Shown here in pieces: positions 48,301 to 57,207 of a stretch of DNA of 64,000 nucleotides (the stretch's first letter is position 1; each line of letters begins with the position of its first letter). The translations under genes and the position numbers were made by a program. The notes under the pieces were generated by a model. The model was not told where the DNA came from, ran no database searches, and saw only the letters and a list, made by a program, of their open reading frames with translations. The stretch comes from Candidatus Multivorans sp. GTDB taxonomy: Bacteria > Acidobacteriota > Thermoanaerobaculia > Multivoradales > Multivoraceae. The stretch lies in the NCBI GenBank assembly GCA_965224025.1, contig OZ245033.1, positions 1,664,001 through 1,728,000 on the forward strand, written 5' to 3'.

Positions 48301-48859
48301 CGATTCGCTCCAGACGATTCTCCTGCGCGGCGACGGAATCCAGGACATCGCCTACAGTCCGGGCGATTTCCTGGAGCCGAAGGACGGCGGCAATCAGCGG
48401 ATGATGATCGTCGGGGCCGGGCCGGCGTCAGCAACCCTTGCCGCAGGCGCCGGTAGAGCGTCAACGGACAGGCCGGGCGAGCCTGTCTTCGTTTCCAGCG
48501 AGCAAACGAATCTCACTGCTCTGACCGTCGTCTGCATGCAGTTCGAGAAGGGGATCCCCACCCGCGGGTCGAGGTACTTCTCGCAACCAAAGACGGCCAG
48601 TGGGAGCGTTCAGTCGTGTCAGAGCAACTGCGTTCGGACGGCTGGCGCCCGCGTGCAGGCCTGCGTCTGGCAGTGTGAGCGAGCGCACGCCGCTTCCGTC
48701 GAGTCCGCCTTCAAGGCCCCGGGCGTCGGTCTGCTGCCGATTCAGCCGCGGCGCAAGGCCGTCGAGTCGCCGGAGAAGATCGGTAGTAGGGAGCTGGGCG
48801 AGGCGGGCAGGATTGATCCAATGCCGGTCCTGGCCGGTTCGGAGTTCGGCGCCGACTAG
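45353..48859 (+). CDS. Large secreted protein: N-terminal 4-Cys module, CARDB-like, Ig-like, FN3, cadherin-like domains and unknown C-terminus
   Basis: Signal-like GLALALAISAPAAA; NEPPTF..VNEN..DPDG..LTYSL..DFE (cadherin); GLRAGTTYDVR and GLTNLQPYEVRIR (FN3); start uncertain (ORF open from 45179). Confidence 0.82.
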   Translation: MTPAAATGFRREDCRAERETGPLGVGLALALAISAPAAALTQAGPADESTVDHSNAAALSRGEYSDCTPATTVLMFDGGYGVSLCWETAQGTTGLGRAGIWASAESGIVWFFSRENAEMLVKVLNGCAHNGYRWVFVAPVTDVAFNLHVTSSRGNRWIHRNRLGETAATNSDLTAFKCATDDAYGADLAVRAPSVSNADVEPGESFSLQVLVDNRGDDQSAATTLRYWESTDATISRNDAIVGTDSVSALAASGTAANSIGLNAPTDPGTFYYYACVDPVPGEANTANNCSSAAAVRVSVPEAPPALESEGDLQAASGDTTTLFTGVANAAGDLYSFGAWSDDEAVAVVEEVRGSRSERLLLVTGKKAGTATVTVAAVNSQGEPSALSTFDVRVTSPTSAAPALETGPSDDVLNVAFRATLRPLETRAYDYQVRLRRPQTVWTDVGCVPARNSSNSTSTGSVSTMLSGLRAGTTYDVRYRSRRSASCNTGAPVIWSSVGTGTTSGTPINEPPTFPASTPGTVSVNENAGADINVGPPVDAVDPDGVRDILTYSLEGQDAGRFEVVPETGQIRTRGGRSYDFEARDTYNVTVEARDVHDETESFPVTIKVLDLEQGCSLPPRLRLNPQDRLLIVRWDPLEDEDGKAAVFGYEIERRTGSSGAWSDRVVVRGREKDLVYLSGLTNLQPYEVRIRPYGPEGDCAWSEPVSGIPQTDRAPLDRQDFQDRLEPGGRLRDWRFLPTGRFSEPRDGRRVHGSYRYEKAGPDRGLITLEYDEVGRSGCALSLLFSSLTSGSFLDECKGAGVNTDFDLEEPPPEPENLAPRSQQQFEALAGGKPFLPGLQIGGRISGRRFSVRLTPGYVAHSRPSADPDSVATRFGRYEYEHVGPNRARLVLCFKRYTEDADERWVIDLEFISGDAAKYTITLHRKGHAPRTLEGFIDFKSGDYLSNFPPELVPPGHPPQAAGRDLLGIDAATGSTSLSIGADSLQTILLRGDGIQDIAYSPGDFLEPKDGGNQRMMIVGAGPASATLAAGAGRASTDRPGEPVFVSSEQTNLTALTVVCMQFEKGIPTRGSRYFSQPKTASGSVQSCQSNCVRTAGARVQACVWQCERAHAASVESAFKAPGVGLLPIQPRRKAVESPEKIGSRELGEAGRIDPMPVLAGSEFGAD

Positions 48860-48885
48860 TCGTGCGCGAGTTCGGACGCTCAACC

Positions 48886-51281
48886 ATGCGAGAACGAAGA
48901 GTCTGGGCAGTAGCCCTTGCCCTTCTTGCCGTTGCCGGCACCGTCCAAGGGCAGTCCACGACATGGCACGACGCCTCGTTCACCGACTCCACGGGGCGGG
49001 CTCTCCTGTACCGCTACTGGGTCAGGAGCGACTGGGATCTGACGGCGCCGCGCGGCGCGGTCATCTACTTCCACGGCAACAACATAGGCACGGCCGACGA
49101 GCTGCGACGAATCCGACACACGATCATCGACACGGCCCTGGAGCTCGGCCTGGCGTTCATCTCCCCGGCATCGCCTTCCTCGAACCCGGAGCAACTCTCC
49201 TTCGGCGAGCGCACCCTGCTCCCGGAAGCCGTCGGAGCGGGAGGGACTCGATTCTGGAGCATCCGGGACGCTCGTCTCGTGCATGAACTCCTGCAGAGCA
49301 GCCTTGGGTCTCAGCTTGCGCTCGACCACGACCGGATCGTCTTTGCCGGTGGCTCGCAGGGGACCTGCTTCCTGGCGGAGTTCGTGGAACTCTACGGCGG
49401 CGTCTACGGCGGCGGCTTCCACGCCTTCTGCGGTTGTTTCTGGCTGGATTTCGACGGCGATGACTCGCACGACACCTATGCCATTCATCCGCCGTTCCAC
49501 CAGTCCCCTTGGAAACCGTCGTTCGAGTGGACGCCTTCCGCCGCTTCGACTGTCGGTGACCGCTTCAGGGTGTTCGTGGAAGCGACGACGGAGGACTTCC
49601 TGCACCCCGCCGCCGTCTCGATGTCCCGCTACTACTCGGACTGGCTGGGCCTGGAAACACGCTCGGACCTGGAGACGCCCGGCGGGCACTGTCGTCGCAG
49701 CGATACGCCGCGGCGGGAGATCTACGAATGGCTGTCGTCGGGCCCCGTGGCGCCACATCCGGGAAGTGGCAACGACACGGACGGAGACGGCACGCCGAAT
49801 CAGTCCGACCTCGACGACGATGGCGACGGAGCGCCGGACTTCATCGACGACCTGCCTCAGGATCGCCGGGACTGGCGCGATACCGACGGTGACCGGATCG
49901 CCGACGCGAGGGATCCGGATGCCGACGGCGACGGCGTCAGGAACGCCGTGGACGCCTTTCCCCTGGACTCGCGAGAGCGGCGCGACACCGACGGCGACGG
50001 CATCGGAGACAGGCTGGATGAGGACGATGACAACGACGGGCTTCCGGACTCGCGCGATCCGCGGCCGACCGTTGGAACCGACAACGGTCGCAGTCTTTCG
50101 TTCGTAAGTCGAAACGACCCCATCAGCGGCTACGTGGGCACTCACGTGGCTAGTCAAGTACGAGTCCATGCCGGTCGGCCATCCGGCGTTGTCTATCCCG
50201 CAGCTCGCGGAGACTCGCAGTTCTACCAGTTTCTTGAGCTCGGCGATCGGGGCGCGCGGTTCGAGATCATGATCGACAGCTTCACGCGGCCCGAGTCGTG
50301 CCGATCGGTGCTCTTGCCGCAACTGTGCAACGTCGAGGAGTTCGCAGCTTCCGGTTACTACTCGTCGTACTTCCAGGACCAGTTCGTCCGCATCTGGATC
50401 GACCGGAATCGGAACCGGAACCTCACTGACGACGGGCCGCCCCTACTGACGGCTTGGAACACGGAGCTACCGTGGCCGGTGACGACCAACGAAGCGGTTC
50501 TGGAAGTGCCCTATGCGTCGGGCCAAGTGCTGCCTTACGCGATCACCATGTCTGCGCGGCGCGGTGATCTGGCAGGAGGCCTCTTCTACGGTTGGTCCAG
50601 CGTCTGGACGGGTGAGTGGAGATGCCGTCGGGAAGGCGGGTGCTGGCGCTGACCGTCGATGGGAACGGCGACGGCTTGTTCAACTCGCGACGCGGACCGC
50701 GGACTTCAGCATGGGACTTCGTGTGCCTCGATCTCGACCGGAACGGTTGGCTGAACGAATGCGACTTCGCCGAAGACGCTACCGGGAACCGGACGAGACC
50801 CGGTGCGATCTTCCCGTCGGAGCCGTTCGATTGGGACGGGGGCCGCTACGCGCTCTCGGTGGCGCCGTCGGGCCGCGAGATCAGCATCGTGGAAGGAGAT
50901 GATGTCCCGCCGACCTCGGGTTGCACGCCAACGACGACGGCCCTCCGTTTCGACGGCGGCTACGAGGTCAGCATGTGCTACCGCACGCCCGAGGGAGAAG
51001 AAGGCCAGGCGAAGTCCGGCGTCTGGGCTTCCGGCCAGTCCGGCATCCTGTGGTTCTTCAACCGGGAGAACGCGGAGGTCCTGGTCAAGGTGCTCGATGG
51101 ATGCGCTCACAACGGCCACCGCTGGGTCTTCGTCGCTCCCGTCACGACTCTGGAGTTCAACCTCTGGGTGACGGGACCGAACGGTAGTCGGTGGACCCAT
51201 AGCAACCGGCAGAATGAGACGGCGGCGACCAAGAGCGATACGTCGGCATTCAGGTGTACTGACGAGGTTGGGGGAAGATAG
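48886..51281 (+). pseudogene. Secreted alpha/beta-hydrolase + TSP3-like repeats + C-terminal 4-Cys module, split by a 1-nt frameshift near 50615
   Basis: Signal peptide, YFHG, nucleophile GGSQG, DTDGDG repeats; WTGE in one frame continues as (V)EMPSGRRVLALTVDGNGDG in the 50616-51281 frame. Confidence 0.75.
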
Positions 51282-51292
51282 GGGCAGTCCTG

Positions 51293-54200
51293 TTACATGC
51301 TGCGCCGGTACTCGCCGCCGACCCGGTACAGCGCGTCCGAGATCTGCCCGAGCGAGCAGTGCTTCACCGTTTCCATCAACTCCTCGAAGACGTTGCCGCG
51401 ACGGCGCGCCACGTCCTGTAGCCGCTCCAAAGCCGCCGCTGAGTGTCCGCCATGACGGCGGTGGAAGGCGGCGAGGCTGTCGATCTGCTGCTGCTTCTCC
51501 TCGTTCGTCGAGCGGATGAGCTCCGCCTCGACCGTCTCCGCGAACTCCTGGCCCTCGGCCAGGAACGTGTTGACGCCGACCACGGGCAGGCTGCCGTCGT
51601 GCTTCTTCGCCTCGTACTCCATGCTCTCGTCCTGGATCTTCGAGCGCTGGTACATCGTGTCCATCGCCGCCAGCACGCCGCCGCGCTCGGACAGGCGCTC
51701 GAACTCCAGGTAGACCGCCTCCTCGACCGCGTCGGTGAGCTGGTCGAGCGCAAAGGACCCCTGCCAGGGATTCTCGCTGCGGTTGAGCCCGAACTCGCGG
51801 TTGATGATCAACTGGATCGCAAGCGCCCGCCGCACGGACTGCTCGGTGGGCGTCGTGATCGCCTCGTCGAAGGCGTTCGTGTGCAGTGAGTTGCAACGGT
51901 CGAGAATGCCGTAGAGCGCCTGCAGCGTGGTGCGGATGTCGTTGAACTGGATCTCCTGGGCGTGCAGCGATCGTCCAGAGGTCTGGATGTGGTACTTCAG
52001 CATCTGGCTGCGGGAGGAGGCGCCGTACCTCTCGCGCATGGCCCGCGCCCAGAGGCGGCGGGCTACGCGGCCGATCACCGCGTACTCCGGGTCCATGCCG
52101 TTCGAGAAGAAGAACGACAGGTTCGGGGCGAAGTCGTCGATCTCCATGCCCCGCGCCAGGTAGTACTCGACGATCGTGAAGCCGTTGGCGAGCGTGAACG
52201 CCAACTGAGTGATCGGGTTCGCGCCGGCTTCGGCGATGTGGTAGCCGCTGACCGAGGCGCTGTAGTAGTTACGGACGTTGTGGTCGATGAAGAACTGCTG
52301 GACGTCGCCCATCATGCGTAGCGAGAACTCGGTCGAGAAGATGCAGGTGTTCTGGGCCTGGTCTTCTTTCAGGATGTCGGCCTGGACCGTGCCGCGGACC
52401 CGGCTCAGGGCATCCGCCCGGATGCGTTCGTAGACCTCGCGCTCGACGACCTGGTCGCCCGAAATGCCGAGCAACCCCAGGCCCAGGCCGTCGCTGTCTT
52501 CCGGCAGCTCGCCGCGGTAGACCGGCGCGTCGCCGGCGCCGCGGCGGCTGATCTCGGTCCGCGCGCCTTCCAGGCCGCCGCTCTCCCGCAGGTGCCGCTC
52601 GATCTGCTGGTCGATCGCGGCGTTCATGAAGAAGGCCAGGATGGTCGGAGCGGGGCCGTTGATCGTCATCGACACGGAGGTCGCCGGATCGCACAGGTCG
52701 AAACCCGAGTAGAGCCGCTTCATGTCGTCGACCGTGGCGATCGAGACGCCCGAGTTGCCGACCTTGCCCCAGATGTCGGGCCGGAGCCCCGGGTCCGAGC
52801 CGTAGAGCGTGACCGAGTCGAACGCGGTCGACAGTCGGCTGGCAGGCTGCCCGCGAGATACGTAGTGGAAGCGACGGTTCGTGCGCTCCGCGATCCCCTC
52901 GCCCGCGAACATGCGCGTCGGCTCTTCGCTGCTGCGCCGGTAGGGATAGACCCCGGCGGTGTACGGGTAGGCACCCGGGAGGTTGTGCTTCAGCAGGAAA
53001 CGCAGCAGATCGCCCCAGTCGGAGTACTCCGGCAGCGCCAGCTTCGGCATCCGCAGGTGACTCAGCGTGGTCACGTAGTTGTTGCCGGTGACCGCGCGTC
53101 CCCGAACCGGGTAGCTGTACTCGTCCGCGCGAGCGGCACGGGCGCGCTGCGGCCAGTCCCGCAACAGCTCCACCGCCTCGGCGCCGACTTCCGCCAGCGC
53201 CTCCTGGTAGGTCCGGCGCAGGCGCGCCAGGCTCTCGTCGGTCGCCGTCTCCAGGGCTACCGCCGCGTAGGTCTCAAGCGGTTCAGGCAGTTCCGGGTCG
53301 TCCAGTTCGGCCAGCGCCCGGTAGCAGCCGTGCGCCTTCGACGCGGCGGCGGCAAGCCGTGCGACGTCACTCTCCGCCCCGCGCCCGGCCTCCGCGATCT
53401 CGGCCAGGTGGCGGCTGCGGTTGTCCGGGATCAGCACCGCCGCACTCGGTTCCCCCTCATCCAGGTCGACCTCGGGCATCCAGACGCTCTCGTTCAGGCC
53501 GAGCCGCTCCCGCAGAAGCCGGCACACGTTCCAGAACATCCAGTTGACGCCGGGATCCTGGAACTGGCTGGCGATCGTCGGATAGACCGGCACGTCCTCG
53601 TCGGCGGTCTCGAAGGCAAGGCGGTTCCGCCTCCACTGTTTGCGCACATCGCGGAGGGCGTCCTGGACGCCGCGCCGATCGAACTTGTTCAGGACGATCA
53701 CGTCCGCGAAGTCGAGCATGTCGATCTTCTCGAGCTGGCTCGCCGCCCCGTAGTCCGACGTCATCACGTAGACCGAGAGATCGGCCAGATCGACGATCTC
53801 GCTGTCGCTCTGACCGATACCGGCGGTCTCCACCAGGACCAGGGAGAAGCCGGAGGCCTTGAGCAACGCGATGGCGTCCCCCAGCACTTCGCTGGTCGCG
53901 CGATGCTGCCGGCGGGTTGCCATCGAGCGCATGAACACCCGGTCGCTACGCAGGCTGTTCATGCGGATGCGGTCGCCGAGCAGGGCGCCGCCGGTGCGCC
54001 GCCGGGTCGGATCCACCGCCAGGACGGCGATCCGCATCCCGGCAGCCTCGCTCGGGAAGCAATCGACGAAGCGGTTCAGGAGCTCGTCGGCGACGCTGCT
54101 CTTGCCGGCGCCGCCGGTGCCGGTCAGACCGACCACCGGCACCCCGGCGCCTGCGAGCCGCCACTCCTTGCGCAGCCGTCGCAGCTCCGACTCGTCCAGT

Positions 54201-54757
54201 GCCCCGCGCTCGACCGCCGAGAGCATGCGCGACAACTCGCCGTCGCCGTCCGGGTTCGCAGCCACCCGCACTCGAAACCGCGGCGCCGGTGAAGGCCGGC
54301 GCTTCGCGTGGACGCGTTCGACGACATCGTCGATCATCGCCGGCAGACCCATCTTCAGGCCGTCGTCCGGGTGGTACAAGCGTTCGACGCCGTACTCCTG
54401 GAGCGCCGCGATCTCCTCGGGCGTGATCGTGCCGCCGCCGCCGCCGAAGACCTGCACGTGGCCGGCGCCCTCCTCCGCCAGACGATCGATCATGTAGCGG
54501 AAGAACTCGATGTGGCCGCCCTGATACGAGCTGATCGCGATCGCGTCGGCGTCTTCCTGCACCGCCGCGCGCACGATTTCGTCGACGCCGCGGTTGTGGC
54601 CCAGGTGAATGACCTCGGCGCCGCGGTCCTGGATCATCCGCCGCATGATGTGGATCGCCGCGTCGTGACCGTCGAAGAGCGACGCCGCGGTCACGAAGCG
54701 CAGCGGACTCGCATCCCGGTCGGGACGAAGACTGCGCCTTGGTTCGGGTGTGGTCAT
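51293..54757 (-). CDS. icmF: Fused isobutyryl-CoA mutase / MeaI GTPase
   Basis: B12-binding FDGHDAAI, GTGGAGKSS, ETAGIGQSD, TRMFAGEG, VRGTVQADILKEDQAQNTC, KYHIQTSGRSLH. Confidence 0.96.
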   Translation of the reverse strand: MTTPEPRRSLRPDRDASPLRFVTAASLFDGHDAAIHIMRRMIQDRGAEVIHLGHNRGVDEIVRAAVQEDADAIAISSYQGGHIEFFRYMIDRLAEEGAGHVQVFGGGGGTITPEEIAALQEYGVERLYHPDDGLKMGLPAMIDDVVERVHAKRRPSPAPRFRVRVAANPDGDGELSRMLSAVERGALDESELRRLRKEWRLAGAGVPVVGLTGTGGAGKSSVADELLNRFVDCFPSEAAGMRIAVLAVDPTRRRTGGALLGDRIRMNSLRSDRVFMRSMATRRQHRATSEVLGDAIALLKASGFSLVLVETAGIGQSDSEIVDLADLSVYVMTSDYGAASQLEKIDMLDFADVIVLNKFDRRGVQDALRDVRKQWRRNRLAFETADEDVPVYPTIASQFQDPGVNWMFWNVCRLLRERLGLNESVWMPEVDLDEGEPSAAVLIPDNRSRHLAEIAEAGRGAESDVARLAAAASKAHGCYRALAELDDPELPEPLETYAAVALETATDESLARLRRTYQEALAEVGAEAVELLRDWPQRARAARADEYSYPVRGRAVTGNNYVTTLSHLRMPKLALPEYSDWGDLLRFLLKHNLPGAYPYTAGVYPYRRSSEEPTRMFAGEGIAERTNRRFHYVSRGQPASRLSTAFDSVTLYGSDPGLRPDIWGKVGNSGVSIATVDDMKRLYSGFDLCDPATSVSMTINGPAPTILAFFMNAAIDQQIERHLRESGGLEGARTEISRRGAGDAPVYRGELPEDSDGLGLGLLGISGDQVVEREVYERIRADALSRVRGTVQADILKEDQAQNTCIFSTEFSLRMMGDVQQFFIDHNVRNYYSASVSGYHIAEAGANPITQLAFTLANGFTIVEYYLARGMEIDDFAPNLSFFFSNGMDPEYAVIGRVARRLWARAMRERYGASSRSQMLKYHIQTSGRSLHAQEIQFNDIRTTLQALYGILDRCNSLHTNAFDEAITTPTEQSVRRALAIQLIINREFGLNRSENPWQGSFALDQLTDAVEEAVYLEFERLSERGGVLAAMDTMYQRSKIQDESMEYEAKKHDGSLPVVGVNTFLAEGQEFAETVEAELIRSTNEEKQQQIDSLAAFHRRHGGHSAAALERLQDVARRRGNVFEELMETVKHCSLGQISDALYRVGGEYRRSM

Positions 54758-54923
54758 GACTCGGTGCGCCTAAGGGACAACGCCTGCCGGCAGTCTACCG
54801 CCGAGCCGTGAGAAACACGGGGTGCGCCGGCCTTCTGCAGAGTAAGCTGCCGCCCAACGACATCAAGCTGGACCGGCGGCAACCAGCGTTCCAGTTTGTC
54901 CAATCCGCTCCCGGAGTCTCCCC

Positions 54924-55589
54924 TTGAGAACGTCGATTCCCTTCTCCGCTCTGCTCCTCCTTGCCGGCCTCCTGCTGGCGGTAGCGCCCGCCGCGTCGCA
55001 GGACCGGGCGTCGTCCGGAACCGCTTCGATCGCCTCGGCCGACGAGCAAGCCGCGGCGGCGCGGCGCGAACTGCTGCGCCGCTTCCGCTACGGCAACCTG
55101 GCCGAGATCGAGTTGAGCGGCAAGAAGGTGATGGTCTCCTACGCCGATCTGGCGACGGACAGCGACGACTACCGCGCCTTCGAGGCGCTGGAGGTCGGCG
55201 AAGTCTCGGCCTGGCAGAGCGGCAAGGCGATCAAGTTCATCGCCCATGTCTCGCTCTCCTTCGGCGACGTCACCGTGCCCTACGGCAACCACTCGCCGGA
55301 CTACCCCGGCGTCTACAGCCTGTGGCCCAGGCGCACCGCGGACGGCTGGCGCCTGGTCTTCAACTCCGAGGGCGACATCTGGGGCACCCAGCGCGACGCG
55401 GCGGCGGACGCGGCTGAAGTGCCTCTCGAGCACTCCCGGGCCGACGAACCGACCGACAAACTGACGGTCGAGTTCCTGGAGGTCGAACCGGGCGCGAAAG
55501 CGCTTCCGAAGGAAGCGGCAGGGGAGAAAGTTCTTCGGATCGCCTGGGGCGACCACCAGTTCCTGGCGGCGTTCGAAGCAGCGCCGTAG
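54924..55589 (+). CDS. Secreted DUF2911-like protein
   Basis: Signal peptide; VSY, PGVYSLW...GWRLVFN...IWGTQ, LRIAWG. Confidence 0.65.
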   Translation: MRTSIPFSALLLLAGLLLAVAPAASQDRASSGTASIASADEQAAAARRELLRRFRYGNLAEIELSGKKVMVSYADLATDSDDYRAFEALEVGEVSAWQSGKAIKFIAHVSLSFGDVTVPYGNHSPDYPGVYSLWPRRTADGWRLVFNSEGDIWGTQRDAAADAAEVPLEHSRADEPTDKLTVEFLEVEPGAKALPKEAAGEKVLRIAWGDHQFLAAFEAAP

Positions 55590-55598
55590 CTGGACCTG

Positions 55599-56933
55599 CT
55601 ACGCCTTCGTCACGCCCGGCACCGCGACCGCGTAGCGGCCGTTCTCGTCCGGCAGCGTCGGCGGGGCGGCGTCCCATGCGTAGGTCGCCGGCGCCAGTGA
55701 CACGTCCGACTTGATCGCATCCTTCCAGGTGATCTTCTTGCCGCTGTAGGTCGCCATGCGGCCCAGGACGGCCGTCATCGTGGCGATGGCGCCGTTCTTC
55801 GCCTCGTTGAACGGCTTGTCCTCGCGGATCGCCTCGAACAGGCGGTCGTGCTCGACCTGGTAGGGACTCTTCTCGTCCTCCGGCTCGTGCTGGTTCCAGC
55901 CGCCGGACGCCTCGATCAGGCCGGACGCGAGGCTCGCCCGCCCCTTGCTGCCGTGGGCGTACTCGGCGACCTGATCCCAGCAGTTCTGGATGTGCCGGCA
56001 CTGGCTCAGCATGACCGCGCCGTCGTCGTAGGTGTACTCGACGAAGTGGTGGTCGAAGATCTCGCCGTGGTCGGGGCCGTTGCGCCACTGGCGTCCGCCC
56101 TGGCCCTGAGCCTCGACCGGATGCCCTCCCTTGACCCAGTTGCCGACGTCGATGTTGTGGATGTGCTGCTCGACGATGTGATCGCCGCAGAGCCAGTTGA
56201 AGTAGTACCAGTTGCGCATCTGGTACTCCATCTCGGTCTGGCCCGGCTTGCGCTCCCGCACCCAGACGCCCGAGCCGTTCCAGTAGACGCGGAGCGCCAC
56301 GACATCGCCGATCGCTCCGTCGTGGATACGCCTGATCGTCTCGTTGTACATTCCGCTGTGGTGACGCTGCAGACCGACGCCGACCTTGAGGTTCTTCTCC
56401 CTGGCCGCCTTGGCCGCCTTGAGCACACGCCGCACACCCGGCGCGTCGACCGCGACCGGCTTCTCCATGAACACGTGCTTGCCCTGCTCGACCGCGTACT
56501 CGAAGTGCTCGGGCCGGAAGCCCGGCGGCGTCGCGTGGACGACAACGTCGACGCCGGAGTCGATGACCTTACGGTAGGCGTCGAAGCCGACATAGCGGTT
56601 CTCGGCCGGCACCTGGAGACGCTTGCCGTTGTCGAGCGATCCGTTCTCACCCAGCTCGACGAGACGCTCGTAGCAGTTCTCGAGACGGTCCTCGAACGCG
56701 TCGGCCATGGCCACCAGCTCGACCGGTCCCGAGGTCGACAGGGCCTGCGCCGCGGCGCCCGTGCCGCGGCCGCCGCAGCCGATCAGGCCGATCCGCAGCG
56801 TGGCATCACCGCGGGCGCGCCCCACGTCCGAGTTCGTGTTCGTGGCAGCCGCCGCGGTCCCGCCGCCGACTCCGCCCGCCAGCAGGGCCGCCGAGGCCCC
56901 GGTGATGAAACTGCGCCTGGAGGTTGTGTCCAT
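55599..56933 (-). CDS. Tat-exported Gfo/Idh/MocA oxidoreductase
   Basis: SRRSFI twin-arginine signal, IGLIGCGGRG, HVFMEKPVA, GDHIVEQHIHNID. Confidence 0.93.
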   Translation of the reverse strand: MDTTSRRSFITGASAALLAGGVGGGTAAAATNTNSDVGRARGDATLRIGLIGCGGRGTGAAAQALSTSGPVELVAMADAFEDRLENCYERLVELGENGSLDNGKRLQVPAENRYVGFDAYRKVIDSGVDVVVHATPPGFRPEHFEYAVEQGKHVFMEKPVAVDAPGVRRVLKAAKAAREKNLKVGVGLQRHHSGMYNETIRRIHDGAIGDVVALRVYWNGSGVWVRERKPGQTEMEYQMRNWYYFNWLCGDHIVEQHIHNIDVGNWVKGGHPVEAQGQGGRQWRNGPDHGEIFDHHFVEYTYDDGAVMLSQCRHIQNCWDQVAEYAHGSKGRASLASGLIEASGGWNQHEPEDEKSPYQVEHDRLFEAIREDKPFNEAKNGAIATMTAVLGRMATYSGKKITWKDAIKSDVSLAPATYAWDAAPPTLPDENGRYAVAVPGVTKA

Positions 56934-57047
56934 GGTGTCTCCCCGCACCTGCAAAGGTGCCGTCGTCGTCGATCCGTATCGGTCTAGCCTTGTTCCTTGG
57001 TCGCCATACTTTAACGCTGACCGTTGCCTCCGCTACCATCCGCCGCC

Positions 57048-57194
57048 ATGAACGACCTCGAAACGCTCCGCTTCGAACTCGCGGACAACGTAGCCCGGAT
57101 CACCCTCAACCGGCCCGACGCGGCCGGCACGGAGGATGCAGCCGAAGGCATCGCCGCCTTCTTCGAGAAGCGCCGGGCGAACTTCCGGGGCCGC
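57048..57194 (+). pseudogene. Internally deleted enoyl-CoA hydratase/isomerase
   Basis: N-terminal VARITLNRPDA is joined directly to C-terminal TEDAAEGIAAFFEKRRANFRGR of the crotonase family. Confidence 0.8.
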
Positions 57195-57207
57195 GGAGGC
57201 AGTTCCC

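Noticed and set aside
49770-50070. gacggcgac-type DNA repeats
   Set aside because: Explained by TSP3-like DxDGDG calcium-binding repeats in the protein.
40251-51260. Module copies as DGR template/variable repeats
   Set aside because: Differences are largely synonymous and not adenine-specific, the full copies are all coding, and no reverse transcriptase is present in the window.
51293-54757. Mutase-GTPase fusion as a novelty
   Set aside because: This is the well-characterised IcmF architecture.
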